Below are positions 1 through 11,606 of a DNA stretch of 64,000 bases, in pieces; the stretch's first letter is position 1; each line of letters begins with the position of its first letter. Source of the DNA: Naegleria gruberi (Eukaryota); the NCBI GenBank assembly GCA_000004985.1, contig GG738895.1. One strand, written 5' to 3'. The position numbers and the translations under genes are program-made. A model generated the notes under the pieces. It made no database searches, had not been told where the DNA came from, and saw only the letters and a program-made list of their open reading frames with translations.

Positions 1-275
1 ATTCCACAAAACAGTTTTGTAAGAATCATGGTTGAATTGGCCATAAACGATGCAACTAACAAATGGCACGCAAAAACAGGTACTGAAGCTCTCAAACCTT
101 CCAATACTACTGTATAAATCAAAATATTACACTCAACTAATTGTAGAACCAACTCATATAAACTTTAATTTATTTTCCTACCAAGAAGACAGAAAATCTT
201 TGCTCAACCATCAAGAAGAAAATTATCACATCAACATCATACAAAAATCAAATAATTAATTAAAATAAATAAAAA

Positions 276-680
276 ATGACTACTGCCCAAGCACCAATCA
301 AGACTTTGTCAGAAGACGAAGAAATGTATGTCGAAGCTGAAGGAAAACTCTTCGAATTATACAAACACAGATCAACAAATATTGCTCAATCCCAAGCTTT
401 GGAAAGAGAAAAGAGAATGGCTACTCTTACCTTTGTAGAACTTGATAAACTTCCTTCCGATACAATCACATACAAGGCTGTAGGAAGATCCTTCATCACC
501 AGAAAACAAGATGTTTTAAAGGGAGATATTCGTAATAATATTGAATATTGTGATGTGGAACTTAAAAAGCTTCAAGAAACGAGAATTTCTATTCAAAAGA
601 GAATTGAAGCTGAAGAGGAATCATTTAAGACTATTATTCAAAAGATTCAACTTTCAAAACAACAACCTAAATCAAATTAA
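276..680 (+). CDS. PFDN1: Prefoldin subunit 1 (beta-type prefoldin), single exon, 134 aa
   Basis: Intact 134-aa ORF with an A-rich start context. The protein is a coiled-coil beta-prefoldin of the PFDN1 size and heptad pattern (EAEGKLFELYK...LQETRISIQKRIEAEEE). Confidence 0.75.
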   Translation: MTTAQAPIKTLSEDEEMYVEAEGKLFELYKHRSTNIAQSQALEREKRMATLTFVELDKLPSDTITYKAVGRSFITRKQDVLKGDIRNNIEYCDVELKKLQETRISIQKRIEAEEESFKTIIQKIQLSKQQPKSN

Positions 681-744
681 TCATAAATTATTATTTTATT
701 AGATATATAGTACACATTTAGCAACAACAACAATAACAAACATA

Positions 745-1533
745 TTATTGGAGAACTTTGTGGAATTGATTGTAAGCTTGTTCCACATCATAGTATAATT
801 GTCTAGCTTGGTCATCATCAAGATTTTCGTGGGCTTTCATCTGGTTAAATGTTACAATCCAATCCTTTATCCTTAACTTTCCTTCAAATTCTTTAATTTG
901 TAATTTGTTCAAAGAGTCCATTAAATCTAAAAGCATTGGAGCTAATTGATCTTTAGCAACCAATCCCAATTTGATAGAATCCATGAGTGTGATAAAGTAT
1001 TGAGTAGTTTGAGCAATTTGTTTAGCTGTTGATTCTCCACTGGTGTCTTTTCCACCATGTTCAACTGTTGCAGGAACACCAACTTTCAAAAGTCTATTAG
1101 TTGCTGCTGGACAGTCCAATTTATATTCTCTCATGAATTTTTCAATATCAGGTACATCTGCGGAAACAATTGGTGTGATCGTTTTGAATTTTGCAATTAA
1201 TTTTGAACAAGCCTTTGTATATTCATCGGCTTTTATAGAATCTTTAACGTAGGCCTTTTCCAATCTCTCTACAGAATAAATTAATGAATATAATTCAGAC
1301 ATATTTTCAAACTTTTCTCTGTCCTTTCTAGTTTCAAATAATTTTACCTTTTCTTGTGATACTTTTTGTGTTGGAGATGAAGAAGAAATTGGTGATGTTC
1401 GTGTTGGTGTTGTTGTTGATGATGATTGAACAGGAGATGGACTCGATGACATTGTCGATGATGATGTTGCCATGTTGATATTGCTTGGGGGAGCAGAGTA
1501 AACATTTCCCGAGTAGCTGTAAGTTCTTTGCAT
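745..1533 (-). CDS. VPS28: ESCRT-I subunit VPS28 with a Ser/Thr-rich N-terminal extension
   Basis: The region KVKLFETRKDREKFENMSELYSLIYSVERLEKAYVKD matches the VPS28 N-terminal core, and the C-terminal four-helix domain is recognisable. Start could be the internal Met at about 1473. Confidence 0.75.
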   Translation of the reverse strand: MQRTYSYSGNVYSAPPSNINMATSSSTMSSSPSPVQSSSTTTPTRTSPISSSSPTQKVSQEKVKLFETRKDREKFENMSELYSLIYSVERLEKAYVKDSIKADEYTKACSKLIAKFKTITPIVSADVPDIEKFMREYKLDCPAATNRLLKVGVPATVEHGGKDTSGESTAKQIAQTTQYFITLMDSIKLGLVAKDQLAPMLLDLMDSLNKLQIKEFEGKLRIKDWIVTFNQMKAHENLDDDQARQLYYDVEQAYNQFHKVLQ

Positions 1534-1696
1534 TTTTTTAAAAATAGAAAAGGAAATGGAAACAAAGCGGACACAAGTTTAAAAACCTTAGATCTGATTA
1601 TTATTAAAGAATTTTGATTAATAATTATTATTTCATGAGCTTGATCCTAATAATGATTGAGATTGAATTTAATATCGATATTACATTTGATGAAGC

Positions 1697-1705
1697 TTTC
1701 GCGCC
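1697..1705. promoter_or_regulatory. E2F-like element TTTCGCGCC about 30 bp upstream of the APC11 ATG
   Basis: Direct match to the TTTSSCGC E2F consensus immediately 5' of a cell-cycle gene. Confidence 0.3.
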
Positions 1706-1736
1706 TTTTTCAAATGTTTTAAATTTTAAAAAAAAT

Positions 1737-2003
1737 ATGAAAATTAAAATTAAGAGATCGCTATTGGTTGCTAGTTGGACATGGAAGAGTCCGGATGAGG
1801 TTTGTGGTATTTGCCATTGGCCACTTGATGGTTTATCACCAGACGGAGCTTCTAAATTTCAGCAACCGGGAGATGATTGTCCTGTTGTATGGGGAAAATG
1901 TAAACATGCTTTCCATTTGACTTGTATTGCTAAATGGTTGGAAACTAAAACAACAGATGCACAAACTTGTCCAATGTGTAGAGTACACTGGGAATTCCTC
2001 TAA
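1737..2003 (+). CDS. APC11: Anaphase-promoting complex subunit 11 (RING-H2 finger), 88 aa
   Basis: The protein reads MKIKIKRS..WTWKS..CGICHWPLDG..PGDDCPVVWGKCKHAFHLTCIAKWL..CPMCR, the APC11-specific RING-H2 spacing. ATG at 1737 is in frame with the longer ORF-track frame and sits in an AAAAATATG context. Confidence 0.85.
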   Translation: MKIKIKRSLLVASWTWKSPDEVCGICHWPLDGLSPDGASKFQQPGDDCPVVWGKCKHAFHLTCIAKWLETKTTDAQTCPMCRVHWEFL

Positions 2004-2214
2004 ATTATTATTAGGAATTTATTTGATGGTTTTTAAACCATTAATTGCTTGGAAAAAGAAAATTGCTTCCGATATCATGATTGAAGAATGAAGCATCAAA
2101 GATTAAGATTGAATAATATGTAATACTCGAATTCATAAGAATCTAGAAAAATTAGTTTGTTGAAATAAATAATTTGATAAAATCAAAAGTTATTATAATC
2201 TTTTAAAATCACAT

Positions 2215-2529
2215 ATGAAAAAAATGGATATTTCTAGATTTATTGATGGACAAAAGACTTCGTCTGTTACGTCATTTAGTCACATCAATGATTCATCAAA
2301 TACTTTTCTAAAAACCCCATCCCTTGATGTTGTTGACTCAATACTTGCCAACCAAAATCCACAACTTTCCAATGCCAGCGAATATTTTAAAGTTTCTAAT
2401 ACTAAACTGGTTTCATACGGAGATGATAATCAAAAAACTGGACCATTGATGATTCTCAATCAAAATATTTCTAATTATCATGAAAAGAAAACGGAAACAT
2501 TGTTTAAATTTAAATTGTGGCAAGAATAA
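2215..2529 (+). CDS. Hypothetical small protein (104 aa), no recognisable domain
   Basis: ORF only. It converges on the katanin p80 stop only 12 bp away. Coding status uncertain. Confidence 0.2.
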   Translation: MKKMDISRFIDGQKTSSVTSFSHINDSSNTFLKTPSLDVVDSILANQNPQLSNASEYFKVSNTKLVSYGDDNQKTGPLMILNQNISNYHEKKTETLFKFKLWQE

Positions 2530-2541
2530 TACATAATATAT

Positions 2542-4406
2542 TTATTTAATTGATTTGACAACTCTCCTTGATAGTAATGCCAAATCTGTTAATTGAGAAA
2601 AGTCAGCTGATCTTCCAATAATTATCCTCTTAACTTCTCCAAAGTATTTCTTACAGGATTGGCATTTAGAAATTCTTGCCTCCAAATTAATATCAATTTG
2701 AGCATTACTGTTTGCAAGTTGAAGATTATCTTCAATTAATTGAGCAAAACAATTGTGGAGTAAATGAGTTATTTTCAGTGCTGTCGAAATATGTTCTTCA
2801 TAATTTTCCTGAACGAGCTCGATAATTATTGGAAGTAAATATACACACATATCAAGAGATATATTCTTCTTGGCTTCTGGACGAAGTAACTCGTTTAACA
2901 TATCTGAAGCTAATGGAAGATCTTTCATCTTGGCCATAGCTTTAATGGCTTCCTTTGGATCACCTTGATCAATCCACGTTCTTCTCACAATCTTGAGATT
3001 ATTTAATCTATTTGTCATTGCAACAGCCATCTTTTGATGCGACTTCATAATGCCATTAATGATATCCTCGTCACTAATCTCTGTAATTACTTCTCCTTTC
3101 TAATGAAATGTTATTGAAACTCAAATACAAAGATACTTACTGGAAGGAAGTTATCAATATCTAAATTTGCTGGCTCCTTTCTCTTTGCAGAGACAATTGC
3201 AACCTCAGGTGTTTGTCCTCCTAATTGAGGAGTTCTCCTTCCTTCGCCTGATACTTTTGTTACCGTAAATACTTCTCCATTATTTGTTGTAGTTGTAGAT
3301 ATACTAACAGGCTTTCTATTTCTAATTTCATTCAGTACATCCTCAGTTGAACTATTGAGGTTTTCATTGAAACTCTCCTGAGTAATCTGAGGTGAAAGAA
3401 TTACCTTCTTATTATCATCTCCACTACCAGTATACCAAGGCTTTACAGAATCGACTGGAATAACCCAAACACCAACATATCCATTGATATTAGGATTATT
3501 TGCAACAGTAAATACTTGATTCAATCCTTGATGTAAATATACATCTCCAACATCACTCCATCTAGCATCTACATTGTCAATACAACGCATATTCTCACTC
3601 TTCCAACTGTGAACTTTCAGTCCTTCATTGCAAATTGATAAGATAACAGATCCCTCATTTGGACTAAATTGCACAGACTTGATTGCAGAAGGGAAAATAT
3701 CAGAACGAGAAACCATATCAACTCCTCCATCAATATTGAAAACTGAAACAGTTCTATCTAAACTGCCTGTAGCAACCAAGAAATCAGATGGGTGAAAGTC
3801 CATACAAGTCAAAGCATTTCTGTGAGCTTGTGTTTGGTAGAATAATTTTCCAGCAATAACATCATAAACTCTGAGAAAACCATCCTCACAACCTGTTACA
3901 ATCCATTTTCCATCAGGAGTGAATTTTACTACGGTAACAGCCTCCTTTTCTACTTGACCTTTGTATGTTTGAACAGCTTTCCTCTCCTTAACATCCCAAA
4001 CTTTTAAATTTGTATCAAGAGAACCTGTTGCGAAATAATTAGCAAAAGGATGGTAGTCAATACAAGTAACACTTGCACGATGTCCATTTACATAAATTGC
4101 ACTGGAGTGATTTAATTGTTGTCCAGAATTTAAATCCCATGATCTGATTGAACCGGATTCAGCAGCAGCAATAAGTAAATCTTCTGTATTATTAAAAGCG
4201 AGACAAGTAATTGGACTTTTATGACCAATCAGAGACATTAAGGGCTCATCATTGGCAGCATGCCATACTTTTACTATAGCATCTTCACTTCCGGTTGCAA
4301 ATATTTGACCAGATTTTCTACCAATCCTCGAACACAACACTTGTTTTTTGTGTGCTGCAAAGTTTCTCAAATTAATTGCTCGTCCTCTCAAATCATCGAT
4401 TAGCAT
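2542..4406 (-). CDS. KATNB1: Katanin p80 WD40 regulatory subunit, 607 aa, 2 exons
   Basis: Exon 1 (4406..3141) encodes WD40 repeats with the katanin-p80 N-terminal signature (ATGSEDAIVKVWH..IGHKSPITCLAFN..). Exon 2 (3099..2542) encodes the C-terminal con80-type domain. The 41-nt intron at 3100..3140 reads GTAAGTAT...TCATTAG on the minus strand, and the joined frame gives 1824 nt. Confidence 0.85.
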
Positions 4407-4576
4407 TTTTTATTTTAAGAATTTCTGTACGTAAAAAAGGCGCCATTTTGGTTTTAAAAACAATAAACGTCAAACTCCCTTGATTGTTATTGCGAGTTGT
4501 ATAATTTGTCATACAATTTACAAGTACTCAAATGAGGAATTGTAATAAATAAATCTTTTTGAGTCTTATTAAAAAT

Positions 4577-5776
4577 TTAGAATTGAGAAGTAAGTGATTT
4601 TGGTTTGATATCCAAATCTTCAAAAGTCATAACTGTCTTCTTATAGGATGGTTCACCAAGTCTATCCAAAACTCCTTGAAGTGTCAAATCACCACCATGT
4701 TGTCTCAAAATATTGAATTGGTCACGAGTGACAGTTGGATTTGGTAACATTTGCGTACATCCAAGAATAAAATCAAAGACTGGATATGGAGTTGGTATAG
4801 CTGGTCTACTGAAAGTCTTTGAAATAATTTGACCAAAGGTCATTACTTCTGGACCTGCCAAATACAAATTCTTTCCTTTAGTTTCTTCAACCTTGGAGAA
4901 AATTGTCTTTTCGAGAGCTTCAACAACATCTTCAACAAAAACTGGTTGAAGTTTAGCACCTGAGAATGGTGTTGGTATAACTGGGAAGAATTTCAATGGA
5001 GTTCTTCTGATTCTGTTAATATAAGCACCTGATGAGTAGTTACCCTTTCTATCGAACATAATACTTGGCTTTACATTGGTTGAATTTGGGAAATTACCAT
5101 AGACAATATCCTCAGATCTGAAATTGGTATCAGACCACCATGAAGGTGAATCAAGTTCCGAGTTAAGGAAAGTAACATTAATCATTTGGTCAGCACCATT
5201 TGTGTGTGCACTATGAGAAATATTGCTTGGTCCATCAATATAAATTTCAACAAAAGTGTTATCACTTTCATAAAGGATTCCTGTAAGATTGATAACAACA
5301 TCACTTCCGTAAATAGCTCTATCAACAGAGTCCTTATCAGTGACGTCAGAATAAACAACAGTAATGTTATCTAAATAGTTCCAATTAACATTAAATTATC
5401 ATTATCAAAATTATCAAGGTTGTTTGTGTTAAACATTTTCAAGCCATAAGAGATTTGTTACATACCACCAATTCTCTTAGCTACTGGTTCAAATTCATTA
5501 TTTCCTCTACAAGCAACAATAACTCTATCGCATTGTGGAGCGATACGCTTCACGACTTCTTGTCCAAGGAAACCATTACCACCAAAGATAGTCACTGTTG
5601 GTTTAACATGTCTAACAGAGGTTGTAGCAGTGGAATAAAACTAGTTAATATCCAAAATTAAATAATTTAATATAACAAGAGATTTAAATAATAATATTTA
5701 CTTTTTGTTGGGAGGTAAGTAAATTTTTGGAGAGGAGAGATTTGTTTCCGCTGACGAGTCTCTTAAAGCTTTGCAT
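4577..5776 (-). CDS. NDUFA9: NDUFA9-like NAD(P)-binding complex I subunit (39 kDa family), 347 aa, 3 exons
   Basis: Exons are 5776..5702, 5640..5466 and 5370..4577, with introns using GTAAAT...AACTAG and GTATGTAA...TATTTAG. The total is 1044 nt in frame. The protein has a mitochondrial-type presequence followed by the Rossmann motif TIFGGNGFLGQEVVKR and an NmrA/epimerase-like fold. Confidence 0.8.
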
Positions 5777-6009
5777 TTTTTATTTTTTACCGAATGATGG
5801 CTTGCTTTTGCGATAATTTTCTTGCCAAACAATAATTTTTTAAATTATTAACAATCCGTGATGATGAAGGATGAGAAGAAAATATTAATTACATATTTAA
5901 ATACTTTCAAGGGTAAATAATGCAGAGCATTGATCAAAACACTTGTCAGTTGCGAGGAGAATTGAAAACTTGTCATTGCAGGAATAAATGTTTGTAAATT
6001 AAAAAAAAA

Positions 6010-8016
6010 ATGTTCTCAAGAGCCTCATCTTCCGCTCGCTCGCTCTTCCAAAGATCAAGCTTGTTTTTCAAAGAAAACAATGCTGGTAAGAATTTCGAAA
6101 AAGTGACAAAGAGATTCAAGTCAAGTGGTGAAAGAGAGAAATATTTCAACGAATATGGTACCAGACCAGAATATTTACAAAACAAGAGAAAGACTTCATT
6201 CATGCCTCTCTTCTTCCTTGCCGGATTCGTGCCATTGGTTTTAACGCCTATGGTTATCGATTGGTGGATTAGAAGTGATCGTCAAAATGGTGATGAAAAC
6301 TTGAAGGAATATTTGCAACAAAAGGCTGTGAAGGAAGAAATTAAAAAGGACAAAACCAATCATCATGAGGACGTTACTGTTGCTTCAGCAAAGAAGCCAG
6401 AAGTTAGTAAATACAGTATGTAGAGAAACAACATAAACAAGGTTAGGGATAACCAAGGAACTTATAAATTTTGAAATTTAATTGAATTTTCTATAATAAT
6501 AATAATAATAGAATATGTATTAATTGGTGGTGGAACAGCATCATATGCTGGTAAGTTTAGTTTTAAATTACAATAGATTTATTAACAATTAAAAGCTTTG
6601 AAGGCTATCAGAAAGAACGACCCATCAGCCAACGTTCTTATTGTTACAGTTGAGGAATATGCTCCTTATGAACGTCCACCTCTCTCAAAGGAACTCTGGG
6701 ATTCACCAAAGAGTGAGGAATTAAAGTTTGTTAATTGGCTCGGTCAAGAAACCTCAGTTGAATATGAACCTGTTTCTGCTTATGAGAAGGACGAAAATAT
6801 TACCCTCCTTACCAAGACTAAAGTAGTTCAATTGGATACTCATAACCAAACTATTTTGGCCTCTAACGGAAAGCATTATACTTATGAAAAGTGTCTCATT
6901 GCTACAGGAGGTACTCCAAGGTATGTAATTATTTCCTAAATTTCAATAATTAATTTTCATTAGAGAATTGCCAGGTAGTGACCAATTCCCAGACAAGGTA
7001 ACCACTTTCAGAACCATTTCTGACTATAAGAAGTTGGCTGAAGTAGCCAATAAGGATAATGCTCATGTAAGTTGTTGTTTCATTTTTTTTGTTGAAATTT
7101 TTGGAAACCATGTAGATTCTCATCGGTAAGTTAATTAGTAAGGATTTATTTAAATGATAACAATCATCTAGTCGGTGGTAGTTTCTTGGGTACTGAATTG
7201 AGTTATGCTGTTGCTAACAAGGTTAACAAGAAGAAGGGTTCAAAGGTCACCCAAGTTTATCTTGAACCTGATGTTTTGGCTCGTTGGCTTCCAAGATACC
7301 TCAGTGAACGTGTTAGACAAACACTCATCTCTGCTGGTGTCAATTTGAAGCCAAATACCAATGTTGTCAGTGTTGAACCAAGTAAGGGATCTGATAGAGT
7401 CATTGTTTCTTTGGATAATGGTGAAAAATTGGAAGCTGACTTTGTTGTAACTACTACTGGTATCTATCCAAATACCTATGTTGCCGAAGAAGCTGGTTTG
7501 GAAATTGATCCACAAAACAGTGGTATTGTTACCAACTCTCAATTGGAAGCTGTTCAAAACGTCTTTGTTGCTGGTGATGTATTGAGCTACTATGATGTTG
7601 TTTTGGGTAGAAGAAGATCTGAACACCACGAACATGCTGAAGCAACTGGTAGACATGCTGGTACTAACATGTCTACTAGTGCCAAGAAGCCATTCCACTA
7701 CATTAGTATGTTCTGGAGTGATGTTGGTAATGTCCACTTCCAAGCTGTTGGTGAAGTTAACTCATCTCTCGACACTTATGCTGTTTGGAATGATGTTGTT
7801 ATCAAGCAAAATGGTAGCTCATGGACTACTTCTGCTTCTCCAGTTGTTGCCTCAAACTTTGGTAGTGGTGCTGTTTACTATGTCAGAGACAAGAAGGTTG
7901 TTGGTATCTTGTTGTGGAATCTTCCAGATAAATTGGGTCACGCTCGTAAGGTTATTTTGGAAAAGAAGCAATATACCTCATTGGAAGAATTGAAGGATAA
8001 GATTAAGCTTAATTAA
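6010..8016 (+). CDS. AIFM1: Apoptosis-inducing factor (AIF/AIFM1-like FAD oxidoreductase), 575 aa, 6 exons including a 10-nt microexon
   Basis: Exons are 6010..6415, 6512..6550, 6596..6920, 6964..7066, 7116..7125 and 7172..8016, totalling 1728 nt in frame. The joined protein has a presequence and TM segment, then YVLIGGGTASYA..KAIRKNDPSANVLIV..YERPPLSKELW..KCLIATGGTPR..ILIVGGSFLGTELSYA, all AIF hallmarks. All introns are GT..AG and 43-96 nt. Confidence 0.85.
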
Positions 8017-8111
8017 TTATTTGGGTTGATTAATTTCCCTTATTGTATATACAAAACTATTTTTATAACCGTTATGAAAAGCGCTGCATATTCTTTTTCT
8101 CACCTTAAAAA

Positions 8112-10852
8112 ATGACTTCACCGTTTAGGGGTTCTCCTTTCCTCTCTTATAACAATAAGCAGAGGGGTGGTTTATCTCCAAACTCTGTGAATATCAACAA
8201 GAAAAACCCATCATCCTCTCCGATCTCATTAAAATCCTTCTACAATATAAAGCTTAAAAAACAACAAGAACCTTTTTCGCCAACAACAACAGCATCAAGT
8301 GATGAGGAGGAATATGATAGTCCAGAAAAGAAGAGAGAAATGGCCCAGGATTTATTACGAAGATCTCACCTTCGTCAAAAGAAAAAGATTAAGGAAAAAT
8401 TGGAAATCTACGTTGACAAGGATATTAGGCTATTGAGGGAAGAATCTGAGAAGCTTTCGGAAGAACGGTTCAAAGCTGTTTCCAACCAAGAACAGGATCA
8501 TGTTGACTTTGTGAAGAAAATGTTTGGTGATTTGGAAAAGGTTTATTATGAGAGGAGTCAGCGAAAAATGAGATTACTGAACCGATTAGTCTATTTGAAA
8601 GGTAAGAAATCTTTGCAATACTTGAAAATTTAATTCTTTAAGCCAAACAAATGATTAATAAGATTGCATTTGAAAGTAATATTGAGGAGAATATCATTTC
8701 AACTGATGAAATTACAGATATTGCCCATCAAAAAACAAGAGCATGGATGACAAATATTGTAGAGGATAATATTCAATCTCTGAAGGGGGATTTTATCTAT
8801 AAGTTCGAGGAATTTACAAGAATCACTCCTGAGGAGGAAATCAAGGAATTGAAGGAATCAATCTTTAAATACGTATCTCCAGTGGTAGAGAAGAAAAAGA
8901 GAGATAGTAGCATTGCAAGAAAAACACACTACCAATCTATTAAGGCATGCAAAGAAAGAGTTCTTAATGCTTTTACTAGAAATATTAAGAATAAGTTTGA
9001 GAAGAATTTTGAAGACAAGTACAATGAAAAAGTTCAGCAAATTAGTCTAGGAAAGGAAGCAGTGCAGTTAACACCTGATGAAATTATCGAATTTTTGGAA
9101 GCTGATGTTGAAGATTATGAAACTGATATTGGTGTAATTGATGCTGAAATAGATAGAATCAACAATGAAATTACTGAATGGAGGGAAAAGATTGAAATGA
9201 AGAGGGAGTATCACGAAAAACAAAAAGCTGCAATTCAAAGTCAAATTGATTATGTTTCCCAATCAAATCAAGATCTACTCAATAGTATCACAAAGCTGAA
9301 GAAACAACAACAAGCTGTTAAACTGGCAGATACAAAGTTTGTCGAATCAGTTGGTGGAACATTGTTATCAGAATTAATTGAAAAGACACATAGAATTCTC
9401 AAAAGCGATGTACCTAGACTTAAGAACATGTCATCAACCATTGAAGATGAAATTTTATCTTTGGAAAGAGTAATCATAGAAAAAGAAAACGAGGCCAATT
9501 CACTTTCTGAAAAGATGAAGTCTGAAGAAGAGTCAATGAATAATCTCTCCAAGAGACTCAGCATTCTGGGAGTTAGATTGTACCAACATGAGAAAAATAT
9601 CAAGGTACTGGAAGAGAATAAGATTAGTGCCCAAAACGAATGTGAAAAGATTAGATCCCAATTAGAAACTCTAAGAAAAACGGCTCCCAATAGACAACTT
9701 CGTTCGATGGCAAGTAATCATGCATATGAAGAAATGGCTAAATCAATAGAAACCAATTGTACAATATTTTCTCAGGACTTGACAAAACACAAGGAAAATA
9801 ATGAAATGATTATTGAATTTTTGAAAGAGAGAAGAACCAGACTCCAAGAATTGTGTGAATATAACCAACAAAAGATAAGGAAATTGATCAAATATTCTGG
9901 TTCCTTACATAGTATTTGCTCTCCTCATGTAACTCTTGAGCATTCAATTGTAACCATTTACCAAGAGGAACTCGAAAAAGCGTTCAATAACTACAAGAGT
10001 ACAATACAGTCTATCGCAAAGGAATCTGTGAGAAATGCAAACGTGGCAAAATATTTTAATGAAAGAGCCAAGGGAGGATGTGTTGTTTACAAATTCTCGA
10101 ATTACATGTTTGAAAACGACTTGTTAAGGTATGAAATGGGTGTTGATAACCCTAAAATTGAAAAATCAGAAATTGAGGCCTCAATTCAAAAGCAGTTTGT
10201 AAAAGATTCAAGATTGGTTTTATTACTAAACTTTTTACTTGAAATAACAGGTCTCAGCCAAGAATACATTATTCCAGACGGTCTAACTCCAAGTTATTCT
10301 TCACTGTTAGATATGATCCGTAACAAGAATTTCCATGATCATAATGGTATTTCAGTATGTGATTCAGCCAAATCAAAGAATGAGACCTCATTCCTGGATA
10401 ACAAAATATATGGAGAAATTAACACTATCTTCATTAACGCAATTGAAAATCAAACAGTTGTTGATAAGCATGATATAATGAACAGAATTGACCAATTACA
10501 AGAATTAGTATGTAAAAAAGAAGGTGTAAATATGGATGAATTGGAGCAGAAACTTCAAAAGAAACTTGTATTGGTTCAGAGGGAAAAAGAGAGGGCAGCT
10601 GGATTGCAGAAAGAGCTTGAAAGGATTGAAAAGAAAAACCTGGAAACATCCAATACTACTGAAAGGGAAGTAAGAATCAGAGTGAACAGTTTACCTTTGC
10701 CATCTACAGATACCGTGATATATTTTGATGAGGAAACCAATAAGATAGTGGCTGAAGAAAGACAAACTAGAAAGAGAAATTCCTCCTTTTCCCCACGTAG
10801 TTTGATTTCTAAAATTGAAAGTGCCAAGTCAAACTCTCAAAATCAAAATTAG
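8112..10852 (+). CDS. Hypothetical coiled-coil protein, about 899 aa, 2 exons
   Basis: The ORFs 8112..8633 and 8651..10852 join in frame through a 41-nt GTAAGA...CTTTAAG intron (8602..8642), giving 2700 nt. Long heptad-rich sequence with no recognisable catalytic domain. Confidence 0.5.
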
Positions 10853-11562
10853 TCTTCAGCTTCTCTGTCCTTTTCAGGTACAAATCTTGTCACCTTCATG
10901 GTGGAAAGTGTAATATTACATTTCAAAATATCTGTAACATTCTTTGAAATATCTAGATCCCCAATTATTTTGTATTGACAAATAATTAAATCCTTTTTAA
11001 CATTAACCGAAATTCTACAATGATGTTGTAGTTCTTTCCATGACATTGATTGTAAATTATTTGCTGAAATAATGCTGACACCATACTGAGCGTGCTCATA
11101 TTCTGGATTTTCTTTGTATAAAACAAAATCACAACCATATTTTGATCCAGATCTTGTTATCCATCCTCTACTTCTAAAATAATGATAAATTGCATATCTA
11201 GAAACAAAGAATTCACCTCCCTCAATTTCACAAAATATTTTGAAACAATCCTGAATTGTTTTAATTTCTCCTTTAACACTTATCCTAATACATCCAATGG
11301 CATAATATAAATAAAAAGCTTCTTGAAGTGATAAAACAGTATGTTCCTTTGGTTCTGCTTGACATGAAAAATCTTCATTTCCCGTAAATATTTCTGATGA
11401 AGTTGATGCAATAATGGAATCATACCAAGTTTTAAATAAAGGTTTGGATCTTGATAATTCTCCCTTTCCGAAAATTCCAAGGTCATACAATGATGCATTT
11501 TCTACAATGACATGATTTCCGATTAGTTTCCCAATAAATGGTTCAATACTAGTTGTTTGCAT
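10849..11562 (-). CDS. tRNA-splicing endonuclease subunit (Sen2/Sen34 family)
   Basis: The motif YHYFRSRGWITRSGSKYGCDFVLYKENPEYEHAQYGVSII followed by W..L..R.SVNVKKDLIICQY matches the catalytic tRNA-intron endonuclease domain. The stop overlaps the stop of the convergent upstream gene by 4 nt. Confidence 0.7.
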   Translation of the reverse strand: MQTTSIEPFIGKLIGNHVIVENASLYDLGIFGKGELSRSKPLFKTWYDSIIASTSSEIFTGNEDFSCQAEPKEHTVLSLQEAFYLYYAIGCIRISVKGEIKTIQDCFKIFCEIEGGEFFVSRYAIYHYFRSRGWITRSGSKYGCDFVLYKENPEYEHAQYGVSIISANNLQSMSWKELQHHCRISVNVKKDLIICQYKIIGDLDISKNVTDILKCNITLSTMKVTRFVPEKDREAED

Positions 11563-11606
11563 TTTTTTCAATTATTTAAATATTAAATTATTTATTAAAT
11601 TTACAC

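Noticed and set aside
50-259. 69-aa ORF at the window start
   Set aside because: Low-complexity with no homology. It is probably UTR or intergenic sequence upstream of prefoldin.
7240-7993. Minus-strand 167-aa and plus-strand 133-aa ORFs inside the last AIF exon
   Set aside because: They overlap a well-supported conserved coding frame and are alternative-frame artefacts.
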